Notes under the pieces: model-generated | Databases searched by the model: none | What the model was told of the DNA's origin: nothing | Seen by the model: only the letters and a program-made list of their open reading frames with translations | Assembly: GCA_001938485.1 (NCBI GenBank) | Contig: MQRK01232504.1 | Location: 1-62,964 of the forward strand | DNA: 62,964 nt | Direction: 5' to 3' | Source: Girardia tigrina | Lineage: Eukaryota | Program-made: the position numbers and the translations under genes | Shown here: positions 14,990 through 26,626 of the stretch, piece after piece | Numbering within the stretch: the first letter of the stretch is position 1 | Layout of the letters: each line of letters opens with the position of its first letter

Positions 14990-15850
14990 TCTCGGTCTTC
15001 GTCGAAATGTGCGGTTGTAACGAATTCGTATACATATGTTGATTCTCCCAAGATATCTGTCTCTGTTCGTCTTCCTCTAAAATTGGCACTCTAATGATTG
15101 CGTTGAGAGTGTTTCGTCTGAGATGCTTCTTTGAAAATGTAGTTGTGCTTGAGAATGCATTAAAATGCGTTTTAATTTCGTAGAAAATCAAATGTGTTTT
15201 AAAATTGTTGCACGTTGAATGGAAATGATCATTATATTTATAGCATGGATTGTAGATGTGTATATTGGTCATCTTTCTGGACATATCGCTCTCTGGTTTG
15301 TGCCTGGCTGTCATCTCTTTTACCAATCTTTGATCGCCAAAATTACTAATACGAATGTACAAGTAATTCCTGCAATAACGTCATCCTGTCATGTCACCGA
15401 TTATTCATAGTGAATAATCGTGTGATTCCTATGTTGAATTTGATGGCTTACTCATGGTAAGTTTTTAATTAATGTGGTTTATTTGAATTAATTTTTCCAA
15501 ATCTTTAAAGGTTATTAACTTCAGTTCAGATGATCGGACCTCAGCATTCTGAACACGTGCGGATAGCCCTCGTCAAACTCTATCTAGAGAGGGGCGGTCG
15601 TCGTCAACGAATGCTTGATATGTTCGAAAACGGCTTTTGTAAATTTTGACCGATGTATGAGATTTTTAAAACGCAAAAAACGTCGTTATGAACTCGTTGG
15701 TCGTGTCGGTCGTTTGACGGCGTCAGGATTGCGCTGGGCTATTTGGAAACACCGGACAATGATTTCTATTTCTTAAATGTTTTAAACCACTGCATTTGTT
15801 TATTTCCCTTTCTTTTGACTGTTAAGTAAAATTATGTTTCGACCGCAACA
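14990..15850 (-). mobile_element. LTR-like element copy A (terminus TGTTGCGGTCGAAA on minus) with antisense intron module
   Basis: Ends tttcgaccgcaaca at 15850. Shares actcatg|gtaa...atctt(t)aaag|gttattaacttc...gaggggcgg with copy C. TATAAAT on minus at 15242-15236. Left boundary approximate. Confidence 0.65.
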
Positions 15851-16739
15851 TATTGCAATCCACACAAACTCGAGATAAAATAACTTTGTTTATTGATGGA
15901 CAATATGTATCATATGCAATCGCCTTATCATCGAATTCTTGAACAAATTAATGAAGTTTCCACCACTATCTTGTGTATCTTAGATTATAAGAAAGTTATA
16001 TTGGCGATAGCAAAAAAACGGTCGGACAAGAATTTTATAAAATTACTTCGCGGTTCCGAACAACCTGAATTATTATTGCACTTTGATATTTGCAAGGAAT
16101 ATTGAGATGAACGAACATAAATCATTTTCCACTTTTCATTGACACTCAAAAATGTAGTTGGATCAATCTCTGATTCACTAAGAATAATAAATGCGGCAAC
16201 AGTTGGATGACTATCAATAACAACTCCACTGAATATCGATGTAAGTGTTTCACTCCATATTGAAAATTTAGTTTTTCCTAATTCAGATCAATATTTTTAG
16301 TATTGTCATCTAAGTGAGTTCCAAAATGATCATGAGGTAAAATAGCACCACATAACTCTCTACTTAAAGGGGCCATACTGTTGACTATTCAAGGGAGTTG
16401 TTCTAATAATTACTTATTCAACCCGCTCGAAAAGCAACAAAAGAAGATTTAATTGATATTAAATTAAACTTCTAATAGTATGTTATGTTTGATGGAGTTT
16501 AATTTGTTCGATATTAATTTAATGAATGTATAATTAATATTTTTTATCAATTAGGAAATAACAACACGATTTTTTCTTTATATATAGTTATACACAATAA
16601 TTACAACATATTTCTTTTACAAATTATATAGGAAATAACCTACGTGTGTGATGCGAAAAATTAGAGTGGTCACAAAACTTCGTTTGCAGACCACTAAAGG
16701 TGATTTTTTATGGATAAATATATATGGTATATATATAAC

Positions 16740-16900
16740 TAGAGCTCAAAAACTATCGGACATGGTGAATATCGCGACGCAAAGTTTGCACCGGTGGCCG
16801 ACCAACCTATGAGACTACTTTTAAACTCTCTAACCCAATATTTAACAGTTGTCTCAGATGGGGAGTCATAGTTAAGTTGATTGTAAAAGATCATGGATTT
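16740..16900 (-). mobile_element. Mariner transposase N-terminal HTH fragment
   Basis: DSPSETTVKYWVREFKS resembles the mariner HTH motif (APSxxTVxxWxxEFK). Confidence 0.55.
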
Positions 16901-17363
16901 CCCTGCACGTCTTCTTCTGAAAAAAACAAAGAAATTGAAAACAATGTTGTAGCGTTCACTAAATCGTATCAGCAGTAGCAACCAATTAAGAGTTTTTTTT
17001 AATATGATATTTAATTTAATTTTTTAATTTAAAAAAAAATCTTAATTGGATTTGCGACCCCTGAAACTTTTGAAACTGAAAAATTCAGATTTGCATTAAA
17101 AAAAGTTAAAAACTATATTATGTTATTAACTATATTATGATGTGAATGAGAATAAAAAAAAATCGAACAATTGTTTGAATCATCGTTGTAAATAAATAAA
17201 AAAATTTTGAATTCATAGAAATTTGTTTGCATTTTACTAAATCATTTGCTTGTCTTCACAATTGCAATTTACTGAGTGGTTTCATAAATAATCGATTAAC
17301 AATTTTCGACAATGATAAATAGACAATCGAAAAAAACGAAAAAATTCCAAGAAAATTTCAAAT

Positions 17364-17865
17364 ATGATTGAAAAACGTTCGAAAATTTCCCCGAATAATA
17401 TCGATTCCAATCGATCGGAATCATTGACTCAAACGAAACTCGATCGGCCGATAATGAACCGATTCGTGCAATCTGGTCAATTTGCCTCGCAGATCGATGA
17501 TTTCGCGACATTTATCGCGGCGAATCGATCGATCTTCGTGTTCGGTCCCGTATTCAGTGGCAAATTGGCACTGATCGATTTCATGGCCGATAAAATGGGC
17601 CGATCGATCAATCGGGTGCAAGTGAGCGACGACACGGATGCGCGCGCTATCCTGGGCGGATACTGCTGCACGGACTCGCCCGGAGACTTCCAGTGGCGCG
17701 CGGGCGCCCTCGTGACGGCTCTGCGACGAGGACAGTGGCTGGTGCTCGAGGACGCGCTGTCCACTGACGCTGTGCTGCTGGGGATGCTGAGGCCGCTGCT
17801 CGAGGCGGGAACGAGTGACGCGATGATTGGCGCGACCGATATTGGTGACTTTATCCACATCAGAT
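17364..17865 (+). CDS. MDN1: Midasin (MDN1/Rea1) AAA1-domain exon or orphan fragment
   Basis: Walker A GPVFSGK, then VQVSDDTDARAILGGYCCTDSPGDFQWRAGALVTALRRGQWLVLED, matching midasin AAA1 (VQLGDQTDSKMLLGMYRCTDVPGEFVWQPGTLTQA...HWILLED). GC/CpG-rich. Possible donor AT|GTAATA at 17866. Confidence 0.85.
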
Positions 17866-18951
17866 GTAATATTCGATGTCTGAAATCATCGCACAAACGA
17901 AAATTCAAAAATTTAATGCAATTTTTAATTAAATTAAATTAAATTAAAAATTTTAATTAAATTAAAGCAAAATTTAATTAAATTTTTTATCTTAAACAGG
18001 TATTGATTAATCAAACTATGTACCACACACATACCCAATCCTAATGTCATATAAACGTTTAAATATAAAGTGATGCTTAAAATATTAGAAGTGTTTTGCT
18101 GTTTGCTGAATACCAAAGTATTTAAAAATGTAATGTAATACTTTAACTGATATTTATACTTTCCTTATTGATTTCAAAGCAAAGAATCAACTCCACAGTT
18201 ATTTTTACTTATTTTATCAAATAAATAACTAATTTTATAGAACAATAAATTTTTAGAAAAATTGAAAATAAAAATTAAAACATCATTGTTTGCAATTTTT
18301 TGCTACAAAATGCTTTTTATACCACGAATAGAATGTTTAAAAATTAAAAATGTAATGTTTAACATCCTTATATTTGAAAATTTTATATTTATGCGTTATT
18401 CAGTAGTCATTGGTATCCTAATCGGGAAAAGGACGGTTTCGCATGAGCACCAAGCATTTATAAATTCAGTTTTTATGAAATATTTTGTATCAAAATGAAG
18501 AAATATTTTTCTTCCACATTTTAAAGTCACACTTTTATTTTATATAAATTCACAATTAAATTTCAATTTAAAGTTTCGTATTAAACTCAAACTAACTTAA
18601 AAGAATAACGGAAATTTAAACAAATATCAATTTCACAATATGATCTCGATGCCTTCAGCAACTTTTACAAGTGGAAATGTTTACTGCTGACTTATTTTAA
18701 TATTTACACAGATATTTTAATAAAATTTATTAAATTTGGTATAATAATTATGAGAAGTTAGCTAAAATTTTGACTTCGCAAAAATATTTTTTATAAATAC
18801 AAAATGTTTTAAAATTAAAAAAGCCAAAAATGATTTTTAAATGAAAACAAAACAAAAACTAAGTAATTATGTAAAAACAAAAAATGTTTACATTCATAAC
18901 AATTGAAATATTTTATTCAAATAATTGAAAATAATGTTCGGATCTCATATA

Positions 18952-21588
18952 CAGTGTTTCTTTCAGCCTCACGGTTTTGGGGAGGGGAACCTTGTTTTCG
19001 ACGGGGTGTTAGAATTTACTTGTTTTTTTAATTGATTTTAGTGTTTGTATTACAACTATATAATTAACCTTGATATACAAGCAGCAAGTCAAAACAAACA
19101 CCAAAGGTAAAAGATTTATTAGTAACTAATGCACAATATAGTATTAACCCTTAAAAGGGATGCGAATTTGTCTCTCCTTTTGTCTATGCCAAATGCGAAG
19201 AATTTCGCATGCTTCCTTATCAGAAAGTGTATCTTTTCCCTCGATGAAAATGAACATACACATTCTAGATTTGAGAGAGGGAGTCGCAGTTTAAGTCGAG
19301 TTTTGATTCGGTTCATTAGACTAAAGGACCTCTCGACAGAAGGTGTACCCAAAGGACACAGGAGAATAATGGAAGCTAATTTTTGAAAGATTTGGAAAGG
19401 TACCGCTTAGCTCCCCGCTGGTGTTGACAAGAGAGCCAAGAACTTCACTAGAGGATGGCACGTTTTGTTTCATTTGGAGAATGGCTATATGATATCGGAA
19501 TACGTTAAAATCGTCAATCACATACACAAAACATTTTCAAGGAATTGGTGACTCTTGCAAATTGTTCGCAATTGAGCATGAGAATTTTGGAACATCTGTA
19601 GAATTTTGACATGGATCAAAGATAGATGTAGCTGTGGACATGACCATCACCTTATCAGAAAATCTAGAATCCATGCTGTCAAGTAAACATTCAATAAATG
19701 GATTAATCACTTTGGTGCGTAATCTGTCTTCCTTTTCATTGTTGTCTTCAACAAGTGCTAATGAATGCGATTGAAGAAAGAGAGGCATCATCTTCATAAA
19801 GAGATTTATTTCAGTCAGAATCAAACGTGCAGTAGCAACGATTTCCTGCATAGTGGCAAGTGTAGCTGTCGCAGTTTGAAGCTGCTTTGCCAAGATTGAG
19901 TGAGGCTGAAGAATTCTTTTCAGGGTATGTAGAATTATAATTCCTTTGCGAGTTCGAAGTGTTAGTAGAAGGTCACCAACCTCTGAGAATAAATCATCAC
20001 TGTTGGCATGAATTTCTTGCAGAGTAACTATGATAGCATGCAGACATTTGGTTGTTGCTGAAACACATTGATAGTATTATGTCCATCTTGTGTCTCCTGT
20101 TCGTATGAGTTCCATTTGAAGGCCATCGAGGTACTCTTGTACAGCCTTGAATTTACGATTGTTTTTGGGATAGTTATAATGTAGCCGCCCAAAACTATTA
20201 AGAACAGTGAACATGTTCTTTGTGTCCCTGTATTTATGTGCTGCATAGGCACACACAAGCTACAACAGAGGACTTCGACAATGGACGTAGACTGCATCTT
20301 TAGTGTGGTATTTGATCATTGGTGATTGTGTTTCATTTTGCTTACCCGACATATTGTTGGCTCCATCAAAGGGCAGCCACTTTACCTGCTGGCATTGATC
20401 TTCAAGATTTTCCAATGCGTGCAGAATCCCTTCTTTTATTTTAGTTGCCTCTGTATTTTCCAACTCCTGCAAACTTATAAAGATTTCTTTTAGCTCACTA
20501 TTAAGGTCAGGATAAAAAAGACAAACTGACAGAGTAGTTCTTCCTCTCAGATTAGTCGCCTCATCGGCCATGACAGGCAGATAGGGCACACAAAGATTGA
20601 ATGGTTTCAGTTGGTTTTTGAAAACGACTTGCATGTGTTCTTTGAAAGCAACAAGAAACTCAAAAGGAATGTTGTGCGACATATAAGTAGCATTTTAGTG
20701 GAGCTCCTGTCATTGCTTTATTCGCTCACTACCATCTAGCTCAGTACACAGATCCAACAGTCTGCCATACTTTGTGGTGTACGGTATTTTCTCTTTAACA
20801 AGCGTATAAGCTACCTTTAAATAGTCTACTAGGCGCTCTTGGTTCTCTTACATTACTTATTCACTTGCTATGTGCAATTGATTGAAAACAGTTCCAGAAC
20901 TCCAGAGTCTTTGGCTACATGGAAGCATTTTGCTTTACGATGCGTCTCTGATTCGGCATGTTTCAGTAGTTTATTGTTTTTGGAAGAACATCCTGTAACC
21001 GTTTTTAAATTAGTAAAGGGTTGTTTGATAAAAGTTCCGTTAGAACCTTTTGGTATAATATTCTTTAAAAAAATACACAGCAGTTTTCCGTAGTTAACCA
21101 TGAATGCTCATCACGGTATTTTTGAGGGTTCCGCTTCTCTGGTGGTATTTCAACAGGAACGTCATCAAAATTGACAGGATCATTCCGGGAAGTATCTGAA
21201 ACTTTAGTTTGTTTGGTAGAAGAGCTAAAATCTACAGTGGCAGAGATTTTAGCAAAATAATTAAGTAGATATGTGGCATGTCGCTTATTGGAAGTCATAT
21301 CACTGTATTTGTGTAAATAACACTAATACTGAAGTTAACACTGAGTATAGACAATGCAGTACAGTTGCTTCTGTTCACAATAATGTATGAAGGCGGTGGA
21401 GGATAAACTACTGTCACTTCCAGTTAATATAAACTTTAGGGTACTTGATTGTAAATTATATACAGTCGCTTTCAATTAAGAGTGATATTTCAGCTTTCGA
21501 AAGCGAATTTAACATTTAGATGTTTATTACTAAATATGGCTTATAATTGGAAAAGTTTGGAGGGAAGCGTTAAATTTTTGAAGGGGGT
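18952..21588 (-). mobile_element. hAT DNA transposon (ZMYM1/ZNF862-type), frameshifted transposase
   Basis: ORF pieces 21298-19119 contain MADEAT (first D), FDGANNMSGK (second D), YVHCRS (CxxH region) and SVERSFSLMNRIKTRL (hATC dimerisation domain). TIR-like CAGTGTTTC at 18952. The other end is cut by LTR-like copy B at 21589. Confidence 0.9.
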
Positions 21589-22780
21589 TGTTGCAGTCGA
21601 AAACCCATTTTTCACACGCAAAACACGACAACCACCAGACAGAAGGAAAAGAAAACAATTAGCTTTGATACATATATTTAATAACTAATAAGGATACTGA
21701 ATCAAATAAGCCGTCTTGTCCCCTCAGAACCTTTTTATGGCCCGTCGTGACGACGTGAAATGTTTCGGAGACTAAAATAACCCCAAAATGAACATATTAC
21801 ATAAAAGTCAAACCAAAACCCACCCGGTGGTCGAAATTGTAGAACAGAACCTCTCCGCGTAGGTCTCAGTAAGGGCTATCAGTGATCGAAAACCATTCTT
21901 CCATGTGGCCCTCGGATGGAAAGATATACCCATGTAAAGATTTACAAATTAATAAACAAAAAACAAAGACTAATTAAAAAATTACCGTGACTCAGTCCTC
22001 AACCCAAGAATAGACATCAGCTGACCTGAATCACCCGCATGCTGACTTGAGAGAAGTTGAAGAATTGTAGAGGTGTACAGGCACACAAGCACTGACTTCT
22101 ATAGTAAAAATAAAAATTTCAAAATTTTAAAAATTTTAAGAGAACACACCTACCTAGACTGACCAATTCGATTCACGGAAAGCTCCAGACAAGTAGCTGG
22201 CGTTGGGTGATTGGCGGAGATAGAATGAAGGGGTGTCCCTTCAACTCTATATAAGGAACGACCAGTCCAGCATTAAAACACACAATTTTTGAGAGACTTC
22301 TCGCTAATTAAACACGAACATACGAAAATTATATCAGTCGAATACCTTCGCCAGAATTATTATAACGTGACAGTGAAGATAACGAATTCCGCGATCAGAT
22401 TTCGGACAGACAACGCATCATTCGCCAGTACGAACCTTCGACACCGTGACTTATGGCACTGTTATGTTCTGTAAACTTATGGCAATGTATCATCTCTCGA
22501 GCCGCCAATTATCAGTAAAAGAACCTGACATCAGCGATGTAAAAATTATTTCTTTCGCTGTATATCGACCGGCAGTTTCCTCTAATTCCTGTTACAAATT
22601 ACTGATGTCCGTTCTATAGCATTTCTATAATTTCCCTTACTATTATACCAAGCGGCTATATTTAGAGTAAAGGTGGCATTCTACTAAACATATTCATAAA
22701 ACATAAACATAATCATATAACAGCACAAATAATCATAATAATAAAATGTATAATCAGAATAATAAAATAAAATTATATAA
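21589..22780 (+). mobile_element. LTR-like element copy B (starts TGTTGCAGTCGAAAA) with antisense introns
   Basis: Reverse complement matches copy C (ttaaatatatgtat...tttcttttccttctgt...aatgggttttcgac(c/t)gcaaca, and gatg(c/t)ctattcttgg). TATATAA at 22248. Minus-strand introns at 22153-22099, 21985-21932 (acceptor mutated) and 21823-21772. Right end approximate. Confidence 0.7.
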
Positions 22781-22808
22781 CCGTAAATGTATACCTTAAA
22801 ATTCTTCC

Positions 22809-22897
22809 CAAATTAAATTTCTCAAATTAAATTGTGCAAATTAAATTGTGCAAAATTAAATGGCGCGAATTAAATTGTGTAAAATAAATTGTGCAAA
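22809..22897. repeat. Tandem ~14-bp repeat (caaattaaattgtg)n, probably the subterminal array of a DNA transposon
   Basis: About six imperfect copies of aaattaaattgtgc. Confidence 0.7.
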
Positions 22898-23693
22898 ATA
22901 ACAACATGGTTGAGTGTCGTTGTTTTGTTTTATATACTCTACGGATGTGCCATCAAAATAAACACAATTCGTCCGATATCCACCGGTGACGATCATCCAC
23001 GCAGGATGTTCGTGGTCACGCAGGATGTGCGTGATCAACAGGAACACGAGGTAATTTTTCTTTGTTTATTGTTCGTATATTTATTAAATTCACGCAGGAT
23101 GTTCGTGGATAAACGGTATCTGGATTTGAAATCCAAATTTCAAATGTTAATTCAAGTACATATTAATTATTATTTTATTACATATTAATTAATTATTTTA
23201 GGTGGAGAAAATTCCTTGATTAATCCAATTAACCAACGAAAAAAATTAATCCAAGAATTTTCCCTTTTAGATCAACAAGAATAAGTTTTATTATTACTAA
23301 AATATATATTTAAAACTAGACACAAACAAGTAAATATTTAACAAGATTCAAGTTTTGAAATCAAAAAAAAAATAATACTTAGTTGGCTTTTCCACAATCA
23401 CCCAATCACTTAACCACACCAAAAGTTCTAACAAAATGATGTAATGGTAACGGTAATAACACAAAAATAATTTGGATTTTCTTTCGTCAGTAAATAGTTG
23501 CAGTAATAAATCAAACAGCAAATATTTGAGGTCAAATTTGTTGATAAATGATAATTACCAATTAATGTGGCAAACAGTAAAAATTTTATAATTCATAATT
23601 CAGATTATAATTCTGAATTATAATTGCTGATTCATTAAACTACATAAAAATAAAACTAAATACACAAAAAAATAAACGCTCACAATATATATA

Positions 23694-25888
23694 CAGTTGA
23701 ATTCACTTAATGTCACATCGCACGGGATAAAACTTTATGTCGATATTAACCGGATGTGGATATTAACCGACTGCCTCAGAAAATGAATGCACCCTATCTT
23801 TCACGTTAAAGTACAGTATACTGCATTCAGTACAAAAGCAAACCAATCATAATAGCCAACGCCAAGAACATTATGCTCGTCAGAAATTGAGAACATGTTA
23901 AAAAGACATAAATTGTTTCAGTGTTTTTTGTGAGTGCACAGTTTTCTCAATGATAATCAAAGAAGACGACGCACTCTCGTACATATCACGCGAAATCATA
24001 TATCGTCGAAGAGTTTCAACAGCTTTCAGCGCAGCAGCATGCGTTGGTGGAATCGTCGCGACATCAACTGTTTGGATGTCACTGTCCGATTCTGCATCAC
24101 TGTCGCTATGAGCAGCAGTTGCACTAGCGTTGATATCTCTCACAATATCCACTTCAGTTGGCACCTCTGTAATTATGACGTCCTTGTCCATGTCGACATA
24201 ATCACAGAAGTAGATGCTTTCAGGAATGAAACCGGTCTGAGCCAAGCGTTCCCACAATGTGTCACCGTTGTAGGCGAAAGAGACCAAGCCCTCTTCAGGT
24301 TCAGTCCCAATTTCTTCTGCAACAGAAAAGGCGGAGGGAAATGTTTTTGGAAGCAGTTGACAATTGTTTGCTCAGTGACGCGTTCCCAAGCAGTGCGGAG
24401 GAACAGTAGCGCATCAATGAGAGACGGAGTGTATTCTAGGCCGAGATCAAATGCAGAAATTCGCTTTTCAATTAGGATTCGACGATAGTGGCTTTTGAAG
24501 CTCCAAATCACTCCGGCATCCATTGGTTGGGAAACGCTAGTTGTGCCAGGAGGGAGGAAGAACAGGGTTATGTTCCGCAAGCCGATGATGTGGGGATGTG
24601 CGGGGCAGTTGTCAAGTATCAGGGCAATTCGACGTTTGTTAGCTGCCATTTTCTTATCCAGGTCCCGGATCCACTTGTCGAATAGCTCCGACGTCATCCA
24701 CGCTTTTCTTTGTGAGGTGTAGAGAGTGGGAAGATGTTTCAAGCCTTGAAAGCAGCGTGGCTTTGCACTGCGTTCGATTACTAGTACTGAAAGCTTTTCG
24801 CCAGCCATGTTGGCTGCCACCAACACTGTGATACGGGCTTTCAATTGATTTTCTCCTTTGCACTGTTGTCCTTTGAAGGTTAACGTGTGCTTTGGCATTG
24901 CACACCAAAACAATCCTGTCTCGTCTGTGTTAAAAATGTCCGAGGGGACAAATTCCGCGAGAATAACAGAAAGAGTAGTTGCCAACCAGTGATTCACTGA
25001 ATCCGCTTTCACAGACTCACTCTCACCACACACCGTTTTTGAAGCAACGTTGTGTCTTTGTTTCCAGCGGTTTAGCCATGAGAGACTAATCTCCACATCC
25101 CTCATACCAAGTTGGCGATCCATTTCTTTGTAGGTCCAGACCAGTGATGCCAATTTTCTGCGGATGGATGTGTTTGAACCAACGGAGGAGGGCTGCGTCT
25201 ACATGTGGGACAGATGATTGCCGCTGCCGTTTGACTGTTGGATTGTTTGCACCTCCCTGAAAAGCTCCTTGCAGCTCATCTTTCTTCTTCATAATTTTCG
25301 TTATTGTAGTCCGATCCACACCAAACTTTTCAGCCTCTGCCTTCTGCTGCTGCCCATAATCAATTTCATTTATAATTTTAATCTTCGAAGCGAGGGATAA
25401 ATCAGCACGTTTTCTTTTCATTAACATGATGTTTTGCATGCGTCACGTATACAGCAATAATGAAATCGCCAACTGAGTTGAGTGGATGTGTGACTGGATG
25501 ATCGTTATTGTACAGATACTATACGCCTGAGCAACACACCTACAGTATCATCCGTGTTGTGCGAGTGCTTGTGGGTATCAAGACTGGTGGCAGGGAATAT
25601 CGATGAGTGTGCAAATCAAATGCACCCACGCAGCTACTCATGTCGCTGTCTCCACTCAGCATGATGATTAATTTAAAGAGCTCCATCATCATGTGATATT
25701 ATACGGCCTCATCGCCGGCTGGGCATGCTAAATTATGTTGATATAAAGCAGATTGTGACAATAACCGACGTGATAATAAACGGATATTTTTGTTAAGGAC
25801 ACAGTAGTAGTTCGCCAGAGAATCTCCACCATGTTGATAATAACTGAATGTGGATATTAAGCAGTGTGACATTAAACGGATTCAACTG
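23694..25888 (-). mobile_element. Full-length pogo/Tigger (TIGD-like) element, intronless transposase with two frameshifts
   Basis: TIRs CAGTTGAATTCACTTAATGTCACA / TGTGACATTAAACGGATTCAACTG flanked by TA. Contains a CENP-B HTH (KRKRADLSLASK...), FNTDETGLFW, AWMT, LDNCPAH and QPMDAGVI (DDxD triad). Confidence 0.95.
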
Positions 25889-26626
25889 TATATATATAAA
25901 CCTAAAAGATAATAAATAAATAAAAATATACAATATCCAAAAAAAATAAACATGTCATTCAACCGAAGATTACAAAGCCTTGACTTTACTCTCGACAATA
26001 TCGTCTTCTTTACCCCTGACCATAATGAAACGAACGAAAGACAATCCAAATGAATCCACCAATTACACAACTCAATCACATCCACACTCTCTCAAACCAA
26101 TCCAAATAACTCAAACACTCATTACTGTCTCTCAAAAAAAATTATTCTTCTTTTTTTGTATTAAGCCTTTTCACCAAGATTAATGTCCAAACGGGTGTCT
26201 CAACAACCTTATTGAGTGTTTTTAAATAACCTAATTACTTAATGATTACACAATCATTGTTTGCATATATAAGCAAATTTAAATTCATATTTTTTCTTGA
26301 TTACTTGACGATGACAGTTATACTGTTAAAATTAATTGTCAATAAAAATAAAAATTTGTTCCTAAAATTGCGACTTTAATTTTGATATATTTAAGTAAAA
26401 GTTTTGAAATAAAAATTTTAAAATAAATAATAAACGAATTAAAATTTGAAATATTTTAAGAAATAATTTTTTAAAATAAAATGCTGGTAAATTTAAATTT
26501 AAATGTTTTATTATAAAATTTTATAAAATAATTATTAGCTATAATTTAAAAATAAATTTTATAATTTATAAGTTAAATTTTACAAAATAAATTGGCAAAA
26601 TGATTGAACTAAGAAATTTGTTTATA

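Noticed and set aside
17421-17908. Minus-strand ORFs overlapping midasin
   Set aside because: Antisense shadows of a GC-rich coding region.
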